Assembly (NCBI GenBank): GCA_964389335.1
Contig: CAYMFQ010000002.1
Coordinates: 18,212 to 79,880 of the forward strand
Direction: 5' to 3'
Source: an uncultured Granulosicoccaceae bacterium
GTDB taxonomy: Bacteria; Pseudomonadota; Gammaproteobacteria; Granulosicoccales; Granulosicoccaceae
DNA length: 61,669 nt
Position numbers and translations under genes: made by a program. Of the stretch, positions 1 to 8,976 are shown piece after piece (the first letter of the stretch is position 1; every line of letters begins with the position of its first letter). The notes below the pieces were generated by a model. It saw only the letters and a list, made by a program, of their open reading frames with translations. It made no database searches and was not told the origin of the DNA.

Positions 1-499
1 ACTCGCGCAATTCAGTGTCCGGGTCAATCTCTTCAAGCTGCCGAGACCAGGCCTCAGACCGAAACCAGCCTTCTCGTATCGCTTTATCGCGCAACTGCAA
101 ACGCTGCAGACGCAATCTATCCTGCGTTGCCTGAATCTGGCCGAATTCGGCCTCGCTGAAACCCGCGCGCTCGAGCTGGCTGAGCAACTGATCACTGTCT
201 GACGGCACTGCTGAATCCGCCAGCGCATCAGGCTCTGTGTTGGTACTTTCTCCAGTGGAAGTATCCGCTGTCAGGGCGTGCTCAAACATGGCCACTCTAC
301 GCTCAAGATCGGCGATTCTCGACTCGTGGAGCGATTCCACCACGCTTTCCGGTGTTTGAACAGGCAGGCGAACGGTGGGTGGGTCAGGTTGCGATTCAGG
401 GGAACCGGTGTAAACCTCAATCCGGTTTGAGCCCATTTGGTAGCCAAATCCACTACCAATCCCGGCACCCAGCGCAAAAGCGACTACAACTGCCAGCAA
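1..499 (-). CDS. hypothetical membrane-anchored protein (partial; 3' end lies beyond the left edge)
   Basis: The reverse-strand frame stays open from ~499 to position 1, and is absent from the ORF track because no stop lies in the window. A candidate TTG start at 499 is followed by the hydrophobic segment LAVVVAFALGAGIGSGFGY, then a Pro/Glu-rich and helical region. No family recognised. Confidence 0.35.
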   Translation of the reverse strand, partial: MLAVVVAFALGAGIGSGFGYQMGSNRIEVYTGSPESQPDPPTVRLPVQTPESVVESLHESRIADLERRVAMFEHALTADTSTGESTNTEPDALADSAVPSDSDQLLSQLERAGFSEAEFGQIQATQDRLRLQRLQLRDKAIREGWFRSEAWSRQLEEIDPDTELRE

Positions 500-659
500 G
501 TGAAAACCATTTATGTGTCGGATGGGATACCTCCGCCAGGCCTGAGTTTAACGGGAATGCCCCTTGCATTTACATAGTGATACGTCGCGCAACCCGATTT
601 GGTCGGGATAGTCTAATCTTAGCTGGCACAACCCTTATTTGTCAGTGTTACCGTAATGT

Positions 660-1169
660 TTGGAGAAACCGTTGTTTAAGCCAAAACTGAACCTGCTGTC
701 TGCCTGCCTGCTGTTGTCACTGACGGCGTGCGGCAGTTCAGATACTGACCTGCAGACCGACACGAATGAACCGTCTATTGGGGCTGCCTCTGACAATACA
801 GGTGTCGTTCAAAGCGACGTCGATGCGCCGGATACTGATGGCGATGGGGTATCAGATATCGAAGAGGGTACCGGCGATGCTGATAACGATGGCGTGCCAA
901 ACTATCTCGACCTCGACAGCGACGGCGACTCCATTTCTGACAGTCATGAATACAACCACCCCTGTGCGGAAAAATTTGCCGAGTACCGCACTAACATCGG
1001 GGAACCGGATGACTCGCGCGAATTCCCTGAGCTGAGCGAGCGTGTACCACTGGTGGTAACTGAATACTGGTATGCATCATCCGCCACGCTGGTACGCTTT
1101 ACCTCCATGGAAACAGAAGACTTCTGCACAGTTGTGGAAGAACCGAACGCAGTTATCTGGAACAACTAA
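660..1169 (+). CDS. lipoprotein with thrombospondin type-3-like Ca-binding repeats
   Basis: Signal peptide with lipobox LSLTAC. Asp-rich repeats read [38 protein letters not shown] start. Confidence 0.7.
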   Translation: MEKPLFKPKLNLLSACLLLSLTACGSSDTDLQTDTNEPSIGAASDNTGVVQSDVDAPDTDGDGVSDIEEGTGDADNDGVPNYLDLDSDGDSISDSHEYNHPCAEKFAEYRTNIGEPDDSREFPELSERVPLVVTEYWYASSATLVRFTSMETEDFCTVVEEPNAVIWNN

Positions 1170-1177
1170 TCACCTGT

Positions 1178-1202
1178 CGGCAACTGTTATAAACAGTTGC
1201 CG
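1178..1202 (+). terminator. stem-loop after the lipoprotein gene (candidate intrinsic terminator)
   Basis: cggcaactgtt-ata-aacagttgccg is a near-perfect 10-11 bp hairpin 9 nt after the stop. The downstream T-tract is weak. Confidence 0.45.
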
Positions 1203-1484
1203 ATTGCTCCCTGTTTTCAATGTTGCGCCGCTGCGACGTTCAGCCATACATTCTCCTTGTCCGTAGGATCCACACCCCCTGCCCCTGCGGCATTTTAATA
1301 CCCGCCGCCTGTGTGCACATCCCTGTGTAACGCTGCAATAAACCCATCGATTGCAACGAACCCACAAACTGCCTTGACAGGCAAAAATAGTTAAATAAAG
1401 GCACACGACAGCGTACTTTTTTCAGGTATATTCATGGGCGCTTTTCGCTTGCTTTAACCCCTAACTATCGCAATATTCCATACT

Positions 1485-2123
1485 ATGAATAAACCTCTGC
1501 TCCTGAAAATTATCATGGTGTCTGTCTGTATCGCTGCAGTAGCGATCGGATTTTTGCTCAATGCAAAACATTCACAGACAGCCAAACCTGAAATAAGCGG
1601 GTTTGCGTTTCCCGAACCGGAAGCACTGGCAGATATCGAACTCATCAGCGAAGACGAGGAACCACTAACCGAAAAAGACTTTCTGGGCCACTGGACATTC
1701 GTCTATGTCGGTTACACATTTTGTCCGGACGCCTGTCCAATATCGCTGAATATACTCAGCCAGATGCACGCCACACTCGCTGAACAGGAAGTCGATAGTG
1801 ACGTACGGTCCTTATTGGTATCTGTTGACCCGGAACGCGACACACCGGAACGTCTGAAAGAGTATGTGAAATATTTTAACGAGAAGTTTATTGGTGCCAC
1901 AGGGACACAGAGCAACCTGGCATCTTTTGCCCGCCAGGTCAGCGCTGTTTATTCGTTGCCAGAGGATCGCAGTACAGACAACTACCTGGTAGATCACTCA
2001 TCTTCAATTATATTAATTAATCCAAAAGCTCAGGTGCACGCGATATTTACGCCGCCGCAAAAAGCCGAGCTACTGGCAACTGATTACCTGCAGCTCCGGG
2101 ATTTTTTCAACGCGCAGTTGTAA
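1485..2123 (+). CDS. SCO1/SenC family copper chaperone (thioredoxin fold)
   Basis: N-terminal TM anchor, the CxxxC motif in GYTFCPDACP, and a downstream DHSSSIILINP (conserved His). Confidence 0.9.
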   Translation: MNKPLLLKIIMVSVCIAAVAIGFLLNAKHSQTAKPEISGFAFPEPEALADIELISEDEEPLTEKDFLGHWTFVYVGYTFCPDACPISLNILSQMHATLAEQEVDSDVRSLLVSVDPERDTPERLKEYVKYFNEKFIGATGTQSNLASFARQVSAVYSLPEDRSTDNYLVDHSSSIILINPKAQVHAIFTPPQKAELLATDYLQLRDFFNAQL

Positions 2124-2361
2124 ATGCTGTTCAGCTGGCATCTGTTGAGAATACATCTACATATTTAAGGAGGAAAATTAGACCAAGCGCACAATCCGGA
2201 TGTGAAAGAAACTCGAAATACGCCTGCTATTTTGATTAAACCCTGTTTTACATCCGTCTATCCCTAAAGAATCCAGCGATCTGCCCACTATATACGCAGT
2301 GTTATAAACGAGAGCGGATTGGTCCGTCTTCTCTCAGCGCGATTCATCTTTGGGGATAATA

Positions 2362-5300
2362 ATGGTCAATTGTCTTTCCAAGAGCAGACAATTTTTTGGT
2401 GCAGTACTCTTTTCTCTGGCTGTCTTCAACCCAGTGTGGGCCGAAGATATCGAGATCTTCTTTTCACAGCAATCAGATCGTGATCTACAACCGAACGTAC
2501 TTTTTATTTTAGACGGTTCAGGCTCCATGGGAGACTATGATGGCACGTCCGAGACGCGCCTGGAGCGATTGAGATCATCTCTTACCAGCGTATTGGAAAA
2601 CACCAGTAACATTAATGCTGGCCTCATGCGTTTCAGCCACTATTTGAGTGGTGGGGCCGTGACATACCCGATACGCCCTATCGATCAGCAGATCTGTAAC
2701 GGCCAGCCGTGTGACGACGATACCACCTTCTCTACACAATCACAGGTTGCCAGCAGTAGTGACGATGCTACTGAGGCCGGCAATGGGGCAGTCACATTAA
2801 CGGAACAACGACTGACTCTGATGCAATACCCTGGCTTACCGGTCGGTGCCAAGTGGGTTGGTTTACGCTTTCCTGACATGCAGATTCCTCAGGGCGCGAC
2901 AATAACGGATGCTCGCCTTGATTTTTCCTCAACCGGAGAATACGACGACTACACCAACCTCACTTTTTTCGCTGAGGATACTCACGACGCCGCTCCGTTC
3001 GAGGCCAACTTTAACCATCTTAGCAACCGCACTAGAACGAGCAACAGCGTAGCCTGGAATGATGTTCCGAAGTGGCTGGACGATAGCACGTTCGAATCAC
3101 CGGATCTCACTCCCGTTTTACAACGTATCGTGGATAAGGATAACTGGTGCGGCGGCAACGCGATCGCGATGTTGATCAATGGTAGCGGGGGCCGACTCGC
3201 CTCCGCGTTTGACAACGGATCCGCCGACGGCCCGGTGTTGCGAGTCGAGTACAAACTCCAGGATATACCTGATACAGGCGGTTGCTCCACAACGACAATC
3301 ATCTCCAGAGTCACTGATGACGTCGATGACGCAATGGAGCGAAGTCACAAGAATAACTCCCGAAACGGATTGATTTATCGCACTACAAACAATCTTATCA
3401 TCCGCAGCAGACCGCCATACAACAACGGATACAAGTCCGGCATGATCCTGCGCGACATCGCTGTGCCCAGGAATGCGGTTATTGTTGATGCTAATCTGGT
3501 GGCAACCGTTAGCTCCAGATACAGCGCCGGCGATGTGACTGTGAATATCTCGCTTGAGAATAGTGGTAACCCCGATAATATCTCCAGCAATAAATTTGAC
3601 TTGTCTGATCGTAACTATGCCAGTTCGTCAGTAGCCTGGAATAACATACCAACTGTCGAAAACTCAACGGTTGAGTCTCCATCACTAAAAGATCTGACAC
3701 AGAGTATCGTGAATCGATCTGATTGGGCAGACGGCAACGATATGACAGTGTTACTTGAAGCGAGTGGCAACGGTCAGCGGAGTTTTTGGAGTCACGATGC
3801 CAGTCCGTCAAGTGCACCTGCGCTCAAGATCAGATACGAAACTCGCATCCGCACGGCATCGGACAAAATTACCGGTCCGGTATCCGACGTACGATCCGAA
3901 ATAATACAGGTTCTGAACGACATGCTGCCGGAAGGAGGTACACCAACAGTAGGCGCCATGCTTGAAGCAAAACGCTACTTCGAGGGTGACGATGTTGAAT
4001 ACGGTAAGTTCCGCTATCCGTTTTCTCAGTATCACGGGGCTCCTCACTACTGGGGTAAATACGGCAGAATATCTCATGAAGACAGCTACACCGGGGGCAA
4101 CCCAGTTCGCAGTCACTTGTGCCTAACCAATGCACTCAATGGCATTAATTGCCCATCAGAACAGATTGCCGGACCAGCAAAATACATTTCACCCATTGAA
4201 AGTGAATGCCAGTCTAATCATATCGTGCTGTTAACGGATGGATATCCCACCGTGGATGCTCCGACGAGATCCGCAGTTACCGGATTAACCGGAAGCTCGT
4301 GTGATCCACAACAGTTTGATCAGGGAACCTGCGGTGAGGAACTTGCCGAGTTTCTTAAAGACAGTGACACCCCGATAACGACTCACACCATCGGGTTTAA
4401 CTTTACTACCCAATGGCTAAGAGACGTAGCCCAGGCAGGTGGTGGCGGCTTTTACACCGCGGACACGGCCGATCAGCTTAGCGAGGCACTCAACCGAATT
4501 ATCAGCGGTGTGCAGGACGTCAATACAACATTCGTGGCACCAGGTGTGACGGTCGATCGGTTTTCGCGACTGACTCATCGAAACGATCTGTACCTGGCAT
4601 TGTTTCAACCAAAGAGCACGCCACGCTGGGTCGGTAACATGAAACGCTATGAGCTGAATGGTCAGCCGGTATCCCTGTACGATGCGAATGACAACTTAGC
4701 CATTGATCCGGCTACCGGCCAATTCTTCGAGTCTGCACAAAGTTACTGGTCAGATAGTGCGGACGGCAATAACGTATCGGCGGGCGGTGCAGCGCACGAG
4801 CTGGATCACAACGTACGTAAGGTCTACACCGATATCAATGGCGATGATTTAACAGCAGTAGGTAACGTCTTTGACATAAGCAACTCGGATCTGACCTACG
4901 CACATCTGGGTCTGGACCCTACTCAGTCCAGTAAGCGTGACCTGTTGATAGAGTGGGCTCGTGGCGTCGATGTCGACGATGAAGACGGCGACGACGACTA
5001 CAATGACACACGTCCGCACATTGGAGATCCGCTCCACTCTCAGCCACAGATCGTGACCTACGACGGCCCGTCAACTGATCCGGTGTCAGTAATTTTCATG
5101 GCTACCAATCAAGGCTTTTTGCACGCGATAGACCGGGATGATGGAAAAGAAGTGTTCTCATTCATACCAGAACAACTTTTACCAAACCTGCAGATTTTAT
5201 ACGACAACAACCCGGCGTATCGGAAGCCATACGGACTGGATGGGCCGATGACCATCTGGACTCAGGACAACAACAGCAACGGAATCATTGAGTCAGATGA

Positions 5301-6576
5301 TCATGTCTACCTCTATGTAGGTATGCGCAGAGGCGGAAACGACTACTACGCGCTCGATGTGTCTGATATGAACAATCCAAAAATGCTATTCCAGGTTAAA
5401 GGTGGCACTGGTGAATTTAGTGAAATGGGACAAAGCTGGTCAGCACCGGTTGTAGCAAAGATTAAGTATCTGGGCGCAAGCCGTCAGGTGCTGATCGTGG
5501 CCGGTGGGTACGACACAGACCAGGACAACTATTCTTACCGCACGGATGACAACGTCGGCAGGATCATCTACATGATAGATGCCCAGACAGGAGAGAAGCT
5601 CTGGAGTGGGGGCCATGCAGAGGCGCAACCCAGTAAGGTCTTCTCTGACATGCAATACAGCATGCCATCCGGTGTCAGAACCATTGACGGTGACGGCGAC
5701 GGCCATGTGGAGCAATTCTATATCGGTGACATGGGCGGCCAGGTCTGGCGATTTGATATCGACCCGGATGCGGGCACTGAAGGCAGTCTGGTATCTGGTG
5801 GTGTTATAGCCGAACTAGCCAGTGGCGACACTACCCAGAGCAACAGACGCTTTTACCACGCACCTGATATTTCCTTTTCGCTGAAAGAAGGTAAGTATGT
5901 GCTAAACATCGGCGTTGGGTCAGGCTACCAGGCACATCCGCTGAATAAGACTATCGAAGATCGCTACTATCTGATTCGTTATCCGTACGAGCTCAATGCA
6001 CACGGTGAGTATGGCATAACCGCAGATGCAGACGATCCGAACGCTGTCTACTCAGCGATAACTGAAGGCGAGCTATTCGATGCGACTGACAATGTACTCG
6101 GCGAAGGATCAAGCGATGACCGATCTGCCGCTAACGCAGAACTGTCAGACAGCTCGGGCTGGATGTTACGTATGGAGCGCGGGGGCGAGAAGATTCTGGG
6201 GTCATCCCTGACGTTAAATAATGTCGTGATGTTCACCAGTTATGTACCGGCTGCACTTTCACATAATTGTCAGCCACAACTCGGAACCGGTATTTTCTGG
6301 GCCGTCGACCTGTGGGACGCGACCCCTGCAGCCAACCTTGATGGTGAGGGTGACGAAGGTAACCTGACTAAAGAAGATCGGAATAAGTATGTTCCGGGAT
6401 CCGGTTTGCCGGCAGCGGTACAAACATACTTCGTAGAAACGACCAGCACCGATGACGACGGTAATGTTACGTCGCAGCTGGCAATCGCAACGTCATCTGG
6501 TCCACACGTATTGTTGGAGCACGACCCGGGTAACCTGACAGAGCGAATCTACTGGTCTGAGTATCCAGACTTCTGA
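2362..6576 (+). CDS. pilY1: PilY1/PilC-like type IV pilus tip adhesin with N-terminal vWA domain
   Basis: Signal peptide (ATG at 2362 preferred over the TTG at 2350). vWA MIDAS elements are LFILDGSGSMG ... GGTPT ... VLLTDGYPT. The C-terminal PilY1-type propeller carries NMKRYEL and the Ca-site-like DGDGDGHVEQFYIGDMGGQVWRFD. Confidence 0.85.
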   Translation: MVNCLSKSRQFFGAVLFSLAVFNPVWAEDIEIFFSQQSDRDLQPNVLFILDGSGSMGDYDGTSETRLERLRSSLTSVLENTSNINAGLMRFSHYLSGGAVTYPIRPIDQQICNGQPCDDDTTFSTQSQVASSSDDATEAGNGAVTLTEQRLTLMQYPGLPVGAKWVGLRFPDMQIPQGATITDARLDFSSTGEYDDYTNLTFFAEDTHDAAPFEANFNHLSNRTRTSNSVAWNDVPKWLDDSTFESPDLTPVLQRIVDKDNWCGGNAIAMLINGSGGRLASAFDNGSADGPVLRVEYKLQDIPDTGGCSTTTIISRVTDDVDDAMERSHKNNSRNGLIYRTTNNLIIRSRPPYNNGYKSGMILRDIAVPRNAVIVDANLVATVSSRYSAGDVTVNISLENSGNPDNISSNKFDLSDRNYASSSVAWNNIPTVENSTVESPSLKDLTQSIVNRSDWADGNDMTVLLEASGNGQRSFWSHDASPSSAPALKIRYETRIRTASDKITGPVSDVRSEIIQVLNDMLPEGGTPTVGAMLEAKRYFEGDDVEYGKFRYPFSQYHGAPHYWGKYGRISHEDSYTGGNPVRSHLCLTNALNGINCPSEQIAGPAKYISPIESECQSNHIVLLTDGYPTVDAPTRSAVTGLTGSSCDPQQFDQGTCGEELAEFLKDSDTPITTHTIGFNFTTQWLRDVAQAGGGGFYTADTADQLSEALNRIISGVQDVNTTFVAPGVTVDRFSRLTHRNDLYLALFQPKSTPRWVGNMKRYELNGQPVSLYDANDNLAIDPATGQFFESAQSYWSDSADGNNVSAGGAAHELDHNVRKVYTDINGDDLTAVGNVFDISNSDLTYAHLGLDPTQSSKRDLLIEWARGVDVDDEDGDDDYNDTRPHIGDPLHSQPQIVTYDGPSTDPVSVIFMATNQGFLHAIDRDDGKEVFSFIPEQLLPNLQILYDNNPAYRKPYGLDGPMTIWTQDNNSNGIIESDDHVYLYVGMRRGGNDYYALDVSDMNNPKMLFQVKGGTGEFSEMGQSWSAPVVAKIKYLGASRQVLIVAGGYDTDQDNYSYRTDDNVGRIIYMIDAQTGEKLWSGGHAEAQPSKVFSDMQYSMPSGVRTIDGDGDGHVEQFYIGDMGGQVWRFDIDPDAGTEGSLVSGGVIAELASGDTTQSNRRFYHAPDISFSLKEGKYVLNIGVGSGYQAHPLNKTIEDRYYLIRYPYELNAHGEYGITADADDPNAVYSAITEGELFDATDNVLGEGSSDDRSAANAELSDSSGWMLRMERGGEKILGSSLTLNNVVMFTSYVPAALSHNCQPQLGTGIFWAVDLWDATPAANLDGEGDEGNLTKEDRNKYVPGSGLPAAVQTYFVETTSTDDDGNVTSQLAIATSSGPHVLLEHDPGNLTERIYWSEYPDF
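2731..3837 (+). repeat. in-frame tandem duplication (two ~180-aa modules) inside the PilY1-like gene
   Basis: Copy 1 (aa ~128-301 of the track ORF) and copy 2 (aa ~316-496) share an ordered series of signatures: SSDDATE/DDVDDAME; IPQGATITDARL/VPRNAVIVDANL; SVAWNDVP/SVAWNNIP; ESPDL/ESPSL; DKDNW/NRSDW; LRVEY/LKIRY. Confidence 0.75.
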
Positions 6577-6597
6577 TTGGAAATCCATAGTGGCACT

Positions 6598-6631
6598 GAT
6601 AGCACCGCCGGACTGGCGGTGCTATCGTTTT
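6598..6631. terminator. hairpin shared by convergent pilY1-like and Toprim genes
   Basis: gatagcaccgcc-ggact-ggcggtgctatc is a 12-bp perfect stem followed by gtttt on the + strand. The stop codon of the minus-strand gene lies in the right arm. Confidence 0.6.
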
Positions 6632-7233
6632 GACAGTGCGCTCATCTGCTGTTTTATGCCATTGCAATCCTGAGCTGTTACTGTGAGGCTTGGGCGTGTC
6701 CGTGCATCAACACAGTACCGATACAACACGTCCAGTGGCAAACTTGCCACACCCTTGAATCGTTGAATCCGCCAGCCTACCTTTAAATCAGATTCACGAT
6801 AGGCAAGCATCGTAGTGTCCGAGTCACAATCCATCTGCGCCATCAGCGCCAACGGGCTGCGGCAGAGTAATAAACGCCTTTCTGCAATGATGGTCGGTGC
6901 AAGCTCACTCATCAGGCACAACAGCAATAGTGACGCATGAATACCGTCTGCATCCGGATCGCTGACAACAACTACCTTGCCAGGGGAATTTGCACGGGAA
7001 AGACCTGAAGACTTCAGTACGCTTGCAAGCAGACTGACATGCTCACTGGATTCTATGCAACGCGCCAGCCCCTGCCTGACGACATTAGGCACTTTGCCCT
7101 GCAGAGCGATAACGGCCTGAGTTTTTTTGTTGCGAACTCTGTTGACGGCGTTCGCTGCGTGCTTGCCTTCGACGACAATCAGCTCTCTCGGGCGATCAGA
7201 ACCACAGTGGAAACTGGAACCCTGCGGTTCCAC
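6622..7233 (-). CDS. stand-alone GyrB/ParE C-terminal-domain-like protein (Toprim + tail)
   Basis: The 203-aa product aligns by eye to the type IIA topoisomerase B-subunit C-terminal half. Matches are ELIVVEGKHAAN (cf. EL.LVEGDSAGG), QAVIALQGKVPNV (cf. QAILPLKGKILNV), VVVVSDPDADGIHASLLLL (cf. IMTDADVDGSHIRTLLLTF) and IQRFKGVASLP...SLTVTAQD (cf. IQRYKGLGEMNP...MLRVTVKD). GTG start, no obvious SD. Confidence 0.7.
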   Translation of the reverse strand: MEPQGSSFHCGSDRPRELIVVEGKHAANAVNRVRNKKTQAVIALQGKVPNVVRQGLARCIESSEHVSLLASVLKSSGLSRANSPGKVVVVSDPDADGIHASLLLLCLMSELAPTIIAERRLLLCRSPLALMAQMDCDSDTTMLAYRESDLKVGWRIQRFKGVASLPLDVLYRYCVDARTRPSLTVTAQDCNGIKQQMSALSKR

Positions 7234-7344
7234 GCTAGTGTCTTGATTGCGAGCGCACCACTGATGGCGCGCTCCTGTCGGGAGGGATGTTTGCGATGGC
7301 CGCGGAAACAGACGTCAAAGCCGCGCGCCGATGTTAACAGTGGC

Positions 7345-7863
7345 TTAACTGGCCAGCAGATCAAGCGGTCGCGATGTATCGATTTGTCGTCGCTTAGGCT
7401 GCTTGTAACGAATGACCGGCGCCTTGCGTACAGTACGACCGTGCACAGAGGCAGTGAGCGGCCGTGTCTTCGCTGCTCGTGCTCCCGCACGCGCAATAGC
7501 CAATTGCTGACCACGCTTCTTGCGTACCTTCTGCGCGACTTTCTGTTTCACCTTAAGAGTGCTTTTGGCCCACTCGCGGTGCTCAGGTGATACCACCTCG
7601 ATCTGTTCACCATCAAGCCCATAGCGATGGCTGTACTTAAGCATGCCGTACAGATAACCGTAGCTGGTCGTGTGGCGCTTCAGCGCTTCTCTAAGAACAC
7701 GACCCGAGAGCTCAGGGTTCTCATCTCGAAACTCTAGGATGTCTTTGTAGATGCTCAGACTCAGAGGTTTAAGATCCGCTGAGGGCTTGAACAGCTCGGG
7801 CCAGCGCTCAATAAGCCATTTTTGTATTAGGCGAACTTTGTCTGACGACCATTTCTTTTTCAT
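7345..7863 (-). CDS. ProQ/FinO-family RNA-binding protein with Lys/Arg-rich C-terminal tail
   Basis: FinO-domain pattern WLIERWPELF...KPLSLSIYKDIL...SGRVLREALKRHTTSYGYLYG...RYGLDGE, then a basic tail KVKQKVAQKVRKKRGQ. ATG at 7863 sits 7 nt after AGGAAG and is preferred over the track start at 7887. Confidence 0.8.
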   Translation of the reverse strand: MKKKWSSDKVRLIQKWLIERWPELFKPSADLKPLSLSIYKDILEFRDENPELSGRVLREALKRHTTSYGYLYGMLKYSHRYGLDGEQIEVVSPEHREWAKSTLKVKQKVAQKVRKKRGQQLAIARAGARAAKTRPLTASVHGRTVRKAPVIRYKQPKRRQIDTSRPLDLLAS

Positions 7864-8346
7864 GATATTTCTTCCTGCGTAAACCACCGCTTCTTCCTGA
7901 ATATGTTTCTTTTTTCTTCCTGTTCAAGATTACGCCTGGTGCTTTACCCAGTTCTTTTGTGTCATTAGTAGTAGAAAACTTGAGTTTAATATACAGCAGC
8001 AGCGTCACTTAAATGTGAACAACTATTGGGGAATCAACCGCCGAGGCGGAGTCTGAAGCGATTCGGGCCGGATTGATACTTTGCTTACTTCATTGAAATT
8101 ATTGAAAGAAATACTCAAACGAGCGAACTGAAATTCCTGTGAACATAACACTGGAATAACATTTGTGAATGTCAAGCACAAAAAACCAGAATTAACACCA
8201 GTTTTAGCGTTGCCCATGGCACCCGCCACCCGATCAGCAAGATTCCCGATTATTTAGAACAGTTCACCAAATATTCCACATAGATTCGATAGCATCCGCT
8301 GTTGGCGTTAAGCCTGGTGCAGTGCCTAAACTCTGGAGTTGAATCT

Positions 8347-8925
8347 ATGCTGACCTCCTGCAAGCATGCGCCCTCGGCGCTGCATAGCCGTTTTTCTAAT
8401 CAGCGCCGCATTGCAATGTTGTCCGCGCTGGGGTTATCGGTCGCGGCGCCTGGCCTGGCCAACTCCTCAGCACTTGCCTACCCGCAGTTAAAACTCAACC
8501 TTTACAACCTGCACACAACCGAGCACGCCGATGTCGTGTTCTGGGAAAACGGCGAGTACAACACAGACAGTCTTGCTCAGATTAACCGCTTGCTGAGAGA
8601 TCACCGGACGGGTGGTGTAATTGCCATAGATCCTCGCCTGCTGTCGATTGTTTATCTTGTTAACACCAAGCTCAGCAATACGCGTCCGGTAAGCGTGATT
8701 TCCGGTTATCGTTCAAAGCAGACCAATGAGATGCTGGCAAAGACCAACGCCGGGGTGGCGCGCAACAGCTACCACATCAAAGGCCGTGCTATTGATCTGC
8801 GCATCGAAGGCGTGGAGACCAAAGCAATCAGAGACACGGGTATTAAATTACGTCTCGGTGGGGTTGGCTACTACGACACATCAAACTTTGTACATCTGGA
8901 CACCGGGCCAAGGCGCAGTTGGTAG
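8347..8925 (+). CDS. mepK: DUF882 / peptidase M15A family murein endopeptidase (YcbK/MepK-like)
   Basis: Tat-like signal NQRRIAMLSALGL...ANS. The C-terminal core reads SGYRSKQTNEML...NSYHIKGRAIDLRI...VGYYDTSNFVHLDTGPRRSW. ATG at 8347 has GGAG 9 nt upstream. Confidence 0.85.
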   Translation: MLTSCKHAPSALHSRFSNQRRIAMLSALGLSVAAPGLANSSALAYPQLKLNLYNLHTTEHADVVFWENGEYNTDSLAQINRLLRDHRTGGVIAIDPRLLSIVYLVNTKLSNTRPVSVISGYRSKQTNEMLAKTNAGVARNSYHIKGRAIDLRIEGVETKAIRDTGIKLRLGGVGYYDTSNFVHLDTGPRRSW

Positions 8926-8976
8926 TTCAAACAACCTGCAAACCGTCCATTGTGAGTTAACGCCAGGACAATGGAA

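Noticed and set aside
1170-1406. 78-aa minus-strand ORF between the lipoprotein and SCO1 genes.
   Set aside because: The product is Cys/Arg-rich, and the ORF overlaps the terminator hairpin and the promoter region. It is probably non-coding.
7039-7590. 183-aa + strand ORF antisense to the Toprim and ProQ-like genes.
   Set aside because: The minus-strand frames carry clear GyrB/ParE and FinO-domain homology. The + frame product is low-complexity Arg/Ser/Leu.
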